Shown piece by piece: positions 20,544-29,950 of a stretch of 64,000 nucleotides of DNA (positions within the stretch are counted from its first letter, which is position 1; each line of letters begins with the position of its first letter). The notes beneath the pieces are model-generated. The model did not search any database, was not told the DNA's origin, and worked only from the letters and a program-made list of their open reading frames with translations. The position numbers were made by a program, and so were the translations under genes. The stretch comes from a virus, in IMG/VR virus record IMGVR_UViG_3300017971_000203. One strand, given 5' to 3'.

Positions 20544-22138
20544 ATGATGCCAAGCTGCTGCCCCAGCTTGCGCGCCTCTTCATATGGCTTCTCGAGCTCC
20601 GCCGGCGCCTCCACGTCGTGCGGGTTGTCGTCCAGCCAGCTCTCCCGGGCCTTCACTGCGTCCGCCGCGTCGCCCCACTTCAGCGCGTCGTTGACGACCT
20701 CGTCGGCGAAGTACATCAGCAGTCGGATGGACGGGGTCGCCCCCTTCCAGCGCCGCTGCGTCGATACCTGCTCCCAGTAGCGGAGCATGAAGCGCATCCC
20801 GACCTCGAGCTCCTCCACAGTGAAATCTGTAAGGAGCTCCACGAAGTGCCCGCAGACATTCTTCGAACGGAAAGGCCGCCCGGCACGCTCCCCCCGCGCC
20901 TCCATCCCCTCGGTCCAAACCTCCTGCAGACGGTCCATCACCGCCCCCGCGCCAGGAGGAAGGGGCTTGCCCTTGGCGTTCGAGCGCGCCCGGTCCCGCT
21001 CCAGCCGCTTCTCGGTCCGCTTCTCCACCGCATCCCGAGACCGAGCCTCCGCCTTCTCCTTGACTTCGAGCACCTTCTCCCGTTCCTGTGCCGCCAGAAG
21101 GGAACCCGCGAACGGCACGTCCACATTGGAAGGCGGCGCCGGGATCGGCTTGTACTTGCGCTGCTTCTTCTGCTTGCTCCCGCGTCGCCACCCACGGACC
21201 TCGTCTTTGTCGTCTTCGGTGTAGGCGTAAGTAGGAGAAGGGGGCGAGGGCGCCGGCGGAATTCCCTGATCTACTTCCAGCTGTTCGGTTGTTCGTTCTC
21301 CGCCCTGCTGGTCGATCCCCCCTGCCCTATCTCGTGGATGACCCCCACAGTCAGACCCCGGTGTGTTGCGCGCGGGCGCGACAGCGCCCTCAGACGTTCG
21401 ACTCTTTTTTTCTTCTTCTTTTTCTTCTTCCACTTCTTCTATTTCTGTGGGTACCCCGGGATCCAAAACCGGGGAGCTCGTGGTCCGGTTCTGGGGCAGG
21501 CCTGATCCGGGGGTGGACTGTGGAGCGCCCGGGGGTAGCCGATTATTGGCCACCTGAACAGGTGTACCGAAAATCGCCTCTACTGTAGACAGCGCCTTGT
21601 TTTCCGCCGCTTCCTGGAGGATCTCGGCCCGGAACACCTGCACGTAGTTCTCCACGATGGACACCCTCTTGGCTATGGGCATCTCACAAGGGAGCATGTA
21701 GCTCTTTTCACCCTCTTTCTCGAGGGCAGACCAAGCCAGAGAAGCAAAGCGGTCCGCGAAGAACACCTCGTGTGTCTGGATGGCGCCTTCCTCTTGGTGG
21801 TCCTCCGTGTAGCCCAGGATGTAGACGGTGCTCTGGCCCTTCGGGGTCCCTGGACGGAGGACGAAGCCGAGTTCTTCCAGGAACTGGAGCTGCACTTTCA
21901 AGTGGCTCCTCGACAGCCCGGATAGAGCCGCGAGGCGCCGTTGCGAGACTCTGACAGCCAGGATACCTGCTCTGTGGAGCTGCTTCAGGCGGATGTGGCC
22001 GTGTTCATCGGTTCGCCAGACGAAGCGGCGGAGAGCCAGGTAGGCCATCTGGGCGGACTTTCCGAGCATCACCGGGATGCCCGTTTCGAGGTAGTCGTGC
22101 CCTACCGGGGTGAACAGATCGTCGGGTCCTACTCTCAT
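20540..22138 (-). CDS. Probable phage replication initiator (N-terminal wHTH)
   Basis: YLALRR..SQRRLAALSGLSR..VQLQFLEELGFV wHTH, followed by a Pro-rich and EEEKEEEKK linker; directly upstream of DnaC/DnaB. Confidence 0.6.
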   Translation of the reverse strand: MRVGPDDLFTPVGHDYLETGIPVMLGKSAQMAYLALRRFVWRTDEHGHIRLKQLHRAGILAVRVSQRRLAALSGLSRSHLKVQLQFLEELGFVLRPGTPKGQSTVYILGYTEDHQEEGAIQTHEVFFADRFASLAWSALEKEGEKSYMLPCEMPIAKRVSIVENYVQVFRAEILQEAAENKALSTVEAIFGTPVQVANNRLPPGAPQSTPGSGLPQNRTTSSPVLDPGVPTEIEEVEEEKEEEKKSRTSEGAVAPARNTPGSDCGGHPRDRAGGIDQQGGERTTEQLEVDQGIPPAPSPPSPTYAYTEDDKDEVRGWRRGSKQKKQRKYKPIPAPPSNVDVPFAGSLLAAQEREKVLEVKEKAEARSRDAVEKRTEKRLERDRARSNAKGKPLPPGAGAVMDRLQEVWTEGMEARGERAGRPFRSKNVCGHFVELLTDFTVEELEVGMRFMLRYWEQVSTQRRWKGATPSIRLLMYFADEVVNDALKWGDAADAVKARESWLDDNPHDVEAPAELEKPYEEARKLGQQLGIM

Positions 22139-22593
22139 CCCCCCGCCTCCTTACGTGCCAGGATGCGCTTGAACGCTTGCTCCGCCCAGGCGTCTCTTGG
22201 GCGGGGATATCGTTGATCGAACACCAGTTTGATGCCTTCGAGGAGGGGGGTGCCGTCCTTGGCCGAGTGGCAGCAGAGGTCCCCGATGATCAGGATGCTG
22301 TTGCCGTTGTTGCCCCGGATGCGGATCCATTCAAACTCCGCCAGAAGGTCGATGGCTTCTCGAATGTCCTCCTCTTTGAGCTGCAATGCGTCCCCGATCA
22401 TCACGGCGTCGTACAGCACGTGAAGCGTTCCGCTTTCTGTGGGGTCCAGCAGGCCTGTGCCCTCGCCCCCCTGGATGGATCGGTACACCAGAAAGTGGAA
22501 GACCTCGAAGGCGACCGCTCCGATCTCTCGGAGCAGCCTCTTCGCCAGGATGCGGTCGGCCACTCGGTTCCATGTTTGTTCAGCCCACGACAT
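22135..22593 (-). CDS. Hypothetical protein, possible wHTH
   Basis: IGDALQL..EDIREAIDLL.EFEWI resembles a wHTH; translationally coupled to the initiator. Confidence 0.55.
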   Translation of the reverse strand: MSWAEQTWNRVADRILAKRLLREIGAVAFEVFHFLVYRSIQGGEGTGLLDPTESGTLHVLYDAVMIGDALQLKEEDIREAIDLLAEFEWIRIRGNNGNSILIIGDLCCHSAKDGTPLLEGIKLVFDQRYPRPRDAWAEQAFKRILARKEAGG

Positions 22594-22768
22594 CGTCTCT
22601 CTCCTGTTGGTCTTCGAGGATGAATCCGCGCTCCTCGTTGGTCAGTCGCAGCCAGAGCTCGTCCAGCTGCTCCCTAATCTTGTCGGCTGCGGGACTGTTC
22701 CCTCTGCCGACCCCGACAAGCACCCGGAGTCGCTCCCGGGTCTCGAGGTAGCTCTCATACGCGGCCAT
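22580..22768 (-). CDS. Small hypothetical protein
   Basis: 62-aa ORF with a GGAAGG SD, overlapping the next gene. Confidence 0.55.
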   Translation of the reverse strand: MAAYESYLETRERLRVLVGVGRGNSPAADKIREQLDELWLRLTNEERGFILEDQQERDDVVG

Positions 22769-23031
22769 CCTTCCACCTTCCCCATAAACGAAAAGCGCCT
22801 GGGGTCGACACGGGCATCGGGGACCTCCACAGGAGCTTTCGCCACCCGATCCCCACGCCCATCCCAGGCGCTCTTCTATCGGACTCTCGTCCGAAGGTCT
22901 GTTCAGTTGTCACATGCGGGCATACCGCAACGCATAACGCCATCGGCGTGTCCTGTGGAGTTTTGGTGGTGGCATTGTGCGGTTTGGTCCCGGGTCGACT
23001 TCGGGACCACCCAACCGCGGGTTTGTCGAAA

Positions 23032-23066
23032 CGCTACCAGCTCGGATCCGGAGCTGTCAACTTCTT
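23032..23066 (-). promoter_or_regulatory. Promoter/operator, copy 1 of a 35-bp direct repeat
   Basis: TTGACA-N18-TAGCGT with palindromic spacer CAGCTC-GGATCCG-GAGCTG; 31/35 identical to 23587-23621. Confidence 0.65.
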
Positions 23067-23067
23067 G

Positions 23068-23556
23068 TCATCCTCGGGTCCGGTAGCGGTCTTGGATCAT
23101 GGCCGCCATGTCGTTTGCGAGCTCGGCGGCGCGTTCTTTGTTGGCAGAGGGTGACTTCGCTATGTCTTTCTCTACCCATTTCGCAAGGGCACTCTGGTCT
23201 CCCATTGCCACCTTCGCCACTAGAACGGCATCCCCCTTGGTCTTGGACTTCATCAGGTGGACGCTCTTCACGCCGCGAAACGAGGATCCAGGACGGTGCG
23301 CCGTGATTGTGTCCCACACGCTGCGGTTCTTGTAAACGGCGATTTCGTTGGCCGCATCGACATAGACCGTTGCAACACTTTTCGGGATCGAACCGAATGG
23401 TTCCAGGTGCTTCCCGAGGCCAAACTTCGCGGGTCCGAGCGTGGAGGTCTTGACGGCTTTGAGCTGCACTTTCGAGGTCGTTTCGTGCAAACCACTCATG
23501 CGCTCGTACACTTGTTCCAGACTTCGACGGTGCTTTTTCCAATCTAGACTTGGCAT
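23068..23556 (-). CDS. Hypothetical protein
   Basis: 162 aa, GGAGAG SD, flanked by the 35-bp repeats. Confidence 0.65.
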   Translation of the reverse strand: MPSLDWKKHRRSLEQVYERMSGLHETTSKVQLKAVKTSTLGPAKFGLGKHLEPFGSIPKSVATVYVDAANEIAVYKNRSVWDTITAHRPGSSFRGVKSVHLMKSKTKGDAVLVAKVAMGDQSALAKWVEKDIAKSPSANKERAAELANDMAAMIQDRYRTRG

Positions 23557-23586
23557 CGTGTTCTCCTCCGCTTATGTCCGTACAAG

Positions 23587-23621
23587 CGTTACCAGCCAGG
23601 ATCCGGAGCTGTCAACTACTT
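23587..23621 (-). promoter_or_regulatory. Promoter/operator, copy 2 of the 35-bp direct repeat
   Basis: TTGACAGCTCCGGATCC...TAACGC; near-identical to 23032-23066. Confidence 0.6.
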
Positions 23622-24038
23622 TTCGGGTTCGTCACCCTTGCAGAGGTGAATGAAGATCTTCCTCAGAGCGTGGAATTCGATCTGGCGAATGCGTTCTCTG
23701 GAGAGGTTGAAGATCTTCCCGATTTCTTCCAGGGTCACGCCGTGTCTGTCCGCGACATCCAGAGCACAGGTCTCCTGCATATCCGGGAGCTCTGTGCAGG
23801 GAAAGCACTCCCGGAGGGATCCGCTGGCAGTCACCTCGTAGGCGAGGTGGTAGCGGCAGCTCACCCAGGGACAGGGGCGAATGCCTTTCCGGCATTGGAT
23901 CCGGTTCGTTGGTCTGATGAGGCCTTTCGGCTTGCGGTAGGATTTTTCAAAGCGGCGGGTCGTGGGAATAATCCGACCGCGGACGTGTCCGCGGCGAGTC
24001 GCACGGCCCTGAGACCGCTTCCGAATGGGCCTTTCCAT
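23616..24038 (-). CDS. Sigma70 region-4 HTH protein with a Cys-rich N-domain
   Basis: TLEEIGKIFNLSRERIRQIEFHALRKI (sigma 4.2) preceded by RPCPWVSCRYHL..ETCALDVA. Confidence 0.85.
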   Translation of the reverse strand: MERPIRKRSQGRATRRGHVRGRIIPTTRRFEKSYRKPKGLIRPTNRIQCRKGIRPCPWVSCRYHLAYEVTASGSLRECFPCTELPDMQETCALDVADRHGVTLEEIGKIFNLSRERIRQIEFHALRKIFIHLCKGDEPEK

Positions 24039-24041
24039 GGC

Positions 24042-24266
24042 TCAGTCTTTGACGCGCGCTGGTTTCGGGATGGCTCGGATGTAGAGCTCCCAGACCTCTC
24101 CTACGCCCCCGCGCGCGTGCCCGAAGAGGGGGTCGTCGAGACGCTGCTCCCAGTGGGGGAGCGCTTCCTGAGCTTTCTGCATAGTCTGGTAGGACTCCAT
24201 CAGCACTCCGCTGGAGATGCTGTCTTTCTTCCTGTGATAAATGCCGTAGCGAGTGGACTTGTTCAT
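24042..24266 (-). CDS. Hypothetical protein
   Basis: 74-aa ORF coupled to its neighbours. Confidence 0.55.
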   Translation of the reverse strand: MNKSTRYGIYHRKKDSISSGVLMESYQTMQKAQEALPHWEQRLDDPLFGHARGGVGEVWELYIRAIPKPARVKD

Positions 24267-25567
24267 TTTGGCGGGCTATTCAGAGTCGTTTTCACGGAGC
24301 ACCAGGGACAAACGGACCCTCGTCTATGAGAGGAGCATTCAGGGCAAGGGGTGGATGTCATTATTTCTTCCACGGACCAGCCCCTCTTCGCACAATGCAG
24401 GATCTGGTACGGCACGAAAAAAGGGCATCGGTCGTCTCGAGCCCACTCTGTGATGGACTTGATTTCACCGAAAGCTACCAGGGGGTGTCCTATGTTCGAG
24501 GGTGTTGTAGCCGCTTTTTCGAAAGGCCAGTTCCTGCAAAGGCGTTCGGCAAGAGCAGTTTCAGAAACGATGACTCTGGGGTCTTCCAGCCACTCGTGAA
24601 AGGCTTTGGTTTCGCCCCAGGCTTCGATCTCGGACGTTCTACGCCTATATATACGGGGCCGCTTGGAAGCCGAGGACCCGGGTCGGCGACCGCGCGGTTG
24701 AGCTTTCATAGCCTGTTCCAGGGGCTCGCCGGCTTTCAATTTCCTCCGAAGGGTATTCTCGGTAATTTCACATCGAGGGTCTTCGACCCACTCTCGGAGG
24801 GTTCTCTCTTCACCAAAGGCTTTCCATTTACGAGGGGTTCTGCCTTTCTGGGGAGGAGCAAGCAAGGCTTCTCCTCGGAGTCCTTTTCGAAAGCGGTTTT
24901 GTATGGTGGTGTGACTCACATGGGCGCGGGGGTCCCGCGCCCAATCCAGAGCCGTTTTTGATTCCCCAAAGGCTTCGTACAATGGCGCTGTGCGTTTCTG
25001 GACGTTCGGTTCGAAGGAACGCTTTTTAAGCAGAGCTTCCCCTTTCAGACCTTCTTTGAGGCGGTTCCTGACGGTCCTTTGCGAAACTTCGCATCGGGGA
25101 TCTCCGGCCCATTCCTCGGCGGTCTTCTGTTCTCCGAAAATTTCATACAGCGGGCTTTTCCGTCTCGGTACGCGCTTCAGTAGAGCCTCGCCCTCTACAC
25201 CCTCTCGGAGACGATCTCGGATGGACTTCTGTAACACTTCACACCGAGGGTCCCTTGTCCATTCCTTGATGGTTTTTCGTTCTCCAAAAATCTCCACGAT
25301 TTGGGTGGTTCTGCGTCTGACCAGGTCTGTCCCGGTGATACCTTTTCGGAGTCTTCGTATGAGGAGATCGAGGTTGACCTGGCATCGAGGGTCCTCTGCC
25401 CATTCTTTTAGGGCTTTGGCTTCTCCGAAGACTTCGACCACAGAGTTTTCTTCAAGGGTGCTCTCTGGTTTGTCGACATACGATAGGGCCGCATCGTAAG
25501 TGACGAACAAGCGTCCGTTCGCTTTCCAACGGATCACCTTTTCAATTTTCGATTTGGTGGTTTTCAT
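24263..25567 (-). CDS. Tandem-repeat protein (7 x ~48-aa FGE.KT..EW..DPR repeats), probably DNA-binding
   Basis: Seven repeats visible in the translation, C-terminal CxxC pairs, and more AT-rich codons than neighbouring genes. Confidence 0.75.
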   Translation of the reverse strand: MKTTKSKIEKVIRWKANGRLFVTYDAALSYVDKPESTLEENSVVEVFGEAKALKEWAEDPRCQVNLDLLIRRLRKGITGTDLVRRRTTQIVEIFGERKTIKEWTRDPRCEVLQKSIRDRLREGVEGEALLKRVPRRKSPLYEIFGEQKTAEEWAGDPRCEVSQRTVRNRLKEGLKGEALLKKRSFEPNVQKRTAPLYEAFGESKTALDWARDPRAHVSHTTIQNRFRKGLRGEALLAPPQKGRTPRKWKAFGEERTLREWVEDPRCEITENTLRRKLKAGEPLEQAMKAQPRGRRPGSSASKRPRIYRRRTSEIEAWGETKAFHEWLEDPRVIVSETALAERLCRNWPFEKAATTPSNIGHPLVAFGEIKSITEWARDDRCPFFVPYQILHCAKRGWSVEEIMTSTPCPECSSHRRGSVCPWCSVKTTLNSPPK

Positions 25568-27708
25568 CGTCGTACCAGGTAACTGATGAAGCTGTTGGAG
25601 ACCAGCTTGATGAGGTCTCTGCCGAGGGATTCCGGGCTGACCCTCTTCCAGAGCTTGCTCGGACCGAACATCTTCCGCATGTCTTCAGGGGTCAGGTCGT
25701 AGCGGAGCTCTCTCCGCTGCCCCCACCCCAGGTAGGATCCAACAAAGACCGTCGTGACGTGTACACCTCTGCTGCGGGCCTTGGAGACGGTCTGGGCGAC
25801 GTAGCGCTTCAGCTGGTCGGTGCTGTAGCTGCGGCCCTTCCAGGACTGGAAGTAGGGCATCCCGTCCGTTAGGACAATCAGATGTCGGTCCTGGGAGCTG
25901 TCCTGGAGCTGTCGGACTGCGAGGCGCAAAGCGATGTGGAGCGGGGTGCTACCCTTGACGAAAGCCCGCACGGAGGGGTCCGTTTCCAGGCGATTGTAGC
26001 GGAAGAGGTTCACCGTCCCTCCGCTGGGAGAAGAGAACCCCCAGACACGCACGTCGCAGAAGGGGAACCGAAGAGCTCGGGTGATGATGCGAGCCGCTCT
26101 CTCGACCTGTTCAGCCTTATCTCCCATCATGCTCGAGGAGAGGTCCACCAGGACGATGGCTTCGAAGCCCATCCCACGTTCTTCGTGGGAGAAACAGTCG
26201 ATCGGGGTCTTGCTCACCCTTCGTTGGATGTGGGCCTGTACGTCGGCTTCGGTGCCCGTGTCCCGCAGAGAGAACTTCCGGCGTCCGAGGACGCGCATGA
26301 AGGTAGCCCGCAAGCGCTTCACTGCGGTTCGGTCTTCGGGGGCCAGGGGGACCACCATGGTGGATTTCGGAATGTCGACGAAGTCCACCTTTGCCCGGGC
26401 GTCCTTTTTCAGCCACTCGTCTCGTTCTACGATGGGAGTCTTCGCCAGGGAGACCAGGGCTTTGTCGACCAGGTGCTCGGTGTCCTTCTGCGAACGGGCC
26501 AGAGCCCTCTCGACCAGATCGCCTTTGTTGATGTTGGCGTTAGTGATGCTCCCGGCGAGGCCCCGGGACTTCGCCTTCTTCCAGTCCGGCGTGTATTCGT
26601 CGGATTGCACCGAATTCATCGACTGCTCGGCTCTCTGAGGGAGCTCCCCGAGGCGATCAAGGAGGTCGCTCAGCGCCTGTGCGCGCGTCTGAAGGTTCGC
26701 AGACACAGGGGGAGGTTCCCATGGTTTCTGCTCTTCGGGGTCCTCCTCGGGGCTCTCCGGGCTCTCTTCGGGTTCTTTTTCGTCTTCTTCCGAGGGCTCG
26801 GACTCCCCCGACTCTCCGTTCTCTTCGTCTTCGCCCTCGGAGTCGCCCTCTGGGCTCTCCTGGTCGCCGGGATCCCCGGTTCCCCCGCCTCCTTCCCCTT
26901 CTTCTTTTTCTTGGTTTTCGTCACCGTCCTTGTCGGGGTCTTCATCCCCGCCCAACCCCAGCATCATGGAGAGAAACTCTTCGGCTTCGTTCGGGCTCAT
27001 GCCCTGGGAGTCCGGCGGGTCTTCTCCCTTGGATTCACGGATGAGCTCGTTCACGAGCTTCGTGATCAACCACTTCGCGATCAACAGGGTGGCGTCGAAG
27101 CCGCGGCGTTCGACCTTCTTCATGGCCTCCACGAAGTAGGGACGGAAGCGTTCGAGATGTTCGACTTTGATCTCGTCCACCCCGAGGCTCAAGAGCAGGA
27201 AGTATCCGAGGAGGTTCTCGTCTTCTCCTCTGGAGAGGAGCTTCTCGGCATCCACGATGTCCAGGAGTCGCAGGTGTAGATAGTTCCCCGGGTAGAGGAG
27301 TCCCCACAGGGACGTCACGCGGTACACTTCCAGGATGTTGACCAGTGTTCGGAGCTTCTGAGCCAGGAGCGCGTCATCGATGTTGATATGAGCTTTCCGG
27401 GCGTACTCAGAGGCACGCTTCGTGTAGGCGAACAGGAAGGCGTCTCGAGCGTCGGGATCCGTACCGAACAGGATGTGCGACAGCTGCCTGGCGACGCGGA
27501 GGTACACTTCGGGATCGTTGAACGGAACCGTGATGACATTGAAGGTCGAAGAGGGCACTCCTGGTTTGCTTTTCAGGTAGAGCTTCCGACCGACGATGCC
27601 GCCGAAGGTGTGGACGGTCTTGTAGCAGATGTCCAGCTCCTGCTGTATCTGCTGCTCCTCTTCCGGGGAGCGGAACTTGTGAGCTCTGCCGAGGCGGGGC
27701 ATGACCAT
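25564..27708 (-). CDS. VWA-domain protein (CobT/NorD-like), MoxR partner
   Basis: NILE..RV motif, acidic linker, C-terminal MIDAS VLVDLSSSM, GSTP, LIVLTDG.P. Confidence 0.85.
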   Translation of the reverse strand: MVMPRLGRAHKFRSPEEEQQIQQELDICYKTVHTFGGIVGRKLYLKSKPGVPSSTFNVITVPFNDPEVYLRVARQLSHILFGTDPDARDAFLFAYTKRASEYARKAHINIDDALLAQKLRTLVNILEVYRVTSLWGLLYPGNYLHLRLLDIVDAEKLLSRGEDENLLGYFLLLSLGVDEIKVEHLERFRPYFVEAMKKVERRGFDATLLIAKWLITKLVNELIRESKGEDPPDSQGMSPNEAEEFLSMMLGLGGDEDPDKDGDENQEKEEGEGGGGTGDPGDQESPEGDSEGEDEENGESGESEPSEEDEKEPEESPESPEEDPEEQKPWEPPPVSANLQTRAQALSDLLDRLGELPQRAEQSMNSVQSDEYTPDWKKAKSRGLAGSITNANINKGDLVERALARSQKDTEHLVDKALVSLAKTPIVERDEWLKKDARAKVDFVDIPKSTMVVPLAPEDRTAVKRLRATFMRVLGRRKFSLRDTGTEADVQAHIQRRVSKTPIDCFSHEERGMGFEAIVLVDLSSSMMGDKAEQVERAARIITRALRFPFCDVRVWGFSSPSGGTVNLFRYNRLETDPSVRAFVKGSTPLHIALRLAVRQLQDSSQDRHLIVLTDGMPYFQSWKGRSYSTDQLKRYVAQTVSKARSRGVHVTTVFVGSYLGWGQRRELRYDLTPEDMRKMFGPSKLWKRVSPESLGRDLIKLVSNSFISYLVRR

Positions 27709-27710
27709 GC

Positions 27711-28574
27711 CTACTTCCTCCCAGCCTTGGCTTTGGGCTTCTCTTTCACGACCACGACGCCGAAGATGTCCTTGATCCATCTTCCCACAGTCCGGCGGTC
27801 GTCGTCATCGAACTTGCCGGAAAGAATCCAGAGGGCCCGTTTCGCCCCGAGCCTGCTGAAGTGCATGCCCAGCTGCACGAGGTCCCGCGTGGACAGGGCG
27901 TAGTCGATCTCCCCCTTCCGGGTATGCTGCGCCAGACGGAGCATCGAGTTCACCACCTTGTTATCGAGGCAAGGACCGTCTTTGACGAGCACGGCCTCCA
28001 GGATGGTCTCTTCGCGTTCGGGATAATCGAGGGGAATGAGGTGGAAGCGACTCTTCAGGTCTTCGTTGAGTTGATACGTGCCGCCATAGACCGCGGTATT
28101 CATCGTACCGACCACCCAGAGCTTGGCCTTCCCGTGCAGCCGGAACACCCGCTTTGCTTCGGGTACTTCGATCTTCTTGCGGAAATCGGAGGCGGGGTTC
28201 AGCACCTTCTGCATCTGCGGCGTCAGAGCGTTGACCTCTTCCAGGCAGAGGATGCAGTGCCCGCACTCGTTCGCGATCTCGAACGCTGTGGTGAGAGGTC
28301 CTAGAACGAAAGGCGTCTCATCACCCCGGATGATGAAGTTGCCGAGCAGGTGAGAGCGTCGCACGTCTTCGGAGCAGTCGAACGTGACAATGGGGTACTT
28401 GTGTGTGTAGGCGAAGGTGGCGACCGAGAGGGACTTCCCGATGCCCTTGGGCCCCACCAGGATGACGTTCGCTTCGAACGAGAGCTGTTCGTGCACTCCG
28501 AGCAGGTCATGAACGTCCAGGTACAGGGGGGCCTTCAGGGGCATGTATTCTTCGGTGGGCAATCGTTCGATCAT
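27711..28574 (-). CDS. MoxR-family AAA+ ATPase (CbbQ/NirQ/NorQ-like)
   Basis: GPKGIGKS, GPLT.A, LEEVN, GTMN..YGGT..LNEDLKSRF, DYP, STRDL. Confidence 0.9.
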   Translation of the reverse strand: MIERLPTEEYMPLKAPLYLDVHDLLGVHEQLSFEANVILVGPKGIGKSLSVATFAYTHKYPIVTFDCSEDVRRSHLLGNFIIRGDETPFVLGPLTTAFEIANECGHCILCLEEVNALTPQMQKVLNPASDFRKKIEVPEAKRVFRLHGKAKLWVVGTMNTAVYGGTYQLNEDLKSRFHLIPLDYPEREETILEAVLVKDGPCLDNKVVNSMLRLAQHTRKGEIDYALSTRDLVQLGMHFSRLGAKRALWILSGKFDDDDRRTVGRWIKDIFGVVVVKEKPKAKAGRK

Positions 28575-28576
28575 AG

Positions 28577-29059
28577 CTATCCCTCCTGGGTGATGCTGGT
28601 GATGCGTCTCTTCAGGTTCCTCGACGGGGTCACTTTCAGAGCTTCGCTCTGTTTGTGCAAGGCGACCACGTCTTCTCTTTCGAGCTTTCCGATTTCGATC
28701 AGGTACTCGATCTTCGAAGGGTTCATCTGCAGGGTGCGCACGACGTCGAAAGCCTCCTGGAGCTCGATGCCTTCTTCGTCCAGCTTGTCTCGGAGCGCGT
28801 TCACGTCCGGCAGCTTCGACACACGGAGCTGCTTTTCTACCGTGAGCTCTCCTATGTCTAGCGCCCGCCCGGTCTTCGTGTGGAAGCCCTCTTCAGTGGC
28901 TTCCAGGAGGCCGTTCCGAAGGCTCTTCAGACGCTTGGTGCACAGGTCCGACAGCGCCTTGAGCGCCACGTGGTAGACCGCGGTCTCCCGCAGGTCCTCC
29001 GGGGGCGTCTGGAACAGTGTCAGTGCCATCGCTTCCTTCAACAGTTCTTCGGCAGTCAT
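28577..29059 (-). CDS. Hypothetical protein
   Basis: Start MTAEELL after a GAGGAG SD and the promoter at 29088-29116. Confidence 0.65.
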   Translation of the reverse strand: MTAEELLKEAMALTLFQTPPEDLRETAVYHVALKALSDLCTKRLKSLRNGLLEATEEGFHTKTGRALDIGELTVEKQLRVSKLPDVNALRDKLDEEGIELQEAFDVVRTLQMNPSKIEYLIEIGKLEREDVVALHKQSEALKVTPSRNLKRRITSITQEG

Positions 29060-29087
29060 TGTCGCTCCTCGGGCTTGTTGCAAAGGG

Positions 29088-29116
29088 ACGCTATCAGGAC
29101 ATGCCTCGATTGTCAA
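29088..29116 (-). promoter_or_regulatory. Class B promoter (TTGACAATC family)
   Basis: TTGACA-N17-TAGCGT. Confidence 0.65.
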
Positions 29117-29223
29117 GGTGTGGATCGTCCGATCCAGATCAAGAAAGTGCATCGAATTGTCCCGAAAGGCACCTTCACCAGCATGAAGGGTAGAGACCCT
29201 TTGGTATGCTGTAAGGAGGCCTC

Positions 29224-29511
29224 GTGAGACCTTGGAAAGACCGGATACAGGACCCGGAGGTACGAATGCGTTTCGAGATGGCGGACAGGATGGAACGGGA
29301 CAAGTCTTTCGTGGTCCGCCCCATGCGAGCATGCGAGCGCGATCCCGATGCGTCCAGGATGGTAGTGATCTCACCGCCCAAGCACGAGATGCCTGTGGAC
29401 GTTCGCCTGGAGCAACTACAGAACTATCGCTATGTCCCCATGAGGTACCGGAACGAACTATGGTACGCCCCCGGGAGGGTCCCAGGGAGACCTTTCATGG
29501 ACGATGGTTAG
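29224..29511 (+). CDS. Small hypothetical protein; the only credible plus-strand gene
   Basis: Extended -10 TGGTATGCT, AAGGAGG SD, GTG start; fills the gap between minus-strand genes. Confidence 0.6.
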   Translation: MRPWKDRIQDPEVRMRFEMADRMERDKSFVVRPMRACERDPDASRMVVISPPKHEMPVDVRLEQLQNYRYVPMRYRNELWYAPGRVPGRPFMDDG

Positions 29512-29950
29512 CGCCCCCCTGATAGTACTGCTGGGCGTAGTAGGAGCACTGGGGCGCCTGTCCCGAGCTCCAATGGCAGGGCTTCCCTGCTGTTTTCGGG
29601 TTGGCGCAGGTCCCGCGGCACTGGTTCGGGCCGAGGTGCCCGGGAAAGATCCTTCTCAGCCAAGCGCAGGAGTGTTCGGTTACTCGAGGTGCGTCGAAGA
29701 GGGTCCGCTGGTCGTTGTTCAAGTCGGGCTCGGACTGCTCCTGTCGCCCCAAATCTTGAGGGGGGCCGATCCGGAGCCGCTGTCGCACGACCTCTGGCGG
29801 AAGGGCTGCGATCAGGACTTCCCGGGCCCAGCCCGATAGGGACTTCCCCTGGTTGCGAGCCCAGGCCTCGAAGAGATCCCGTTCATCGTCGCTGAGGGAG
29901 ATCACGATCTGGGGGCGATTCGTTCCCTGGTCTTCGGTTTCGTTACTCAT
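29495..29950 (-). CDS. RHH-like DNA-binding protein with Cys-rich C-terminus
   Basis: QIVISLSDDERDLFEAWARNQGKSLSGWAREVL resembles a ribbon-helix-helix. Confidence 0.55.
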   Translation of the reverse strand: MSNETEDQGTNRPQIVISLSDDERDLFEAWARNQGKSLSGWAREVLIAALPPEVVRQRLRIGPPQDLGRQEQSEPDLNNDQRTLFDAPRVTEHSCAWLRRIFPGHLGPNQCRGTCANPKTAGKPCHWSSGQAPQCSYYAQQYYQGGANHRP

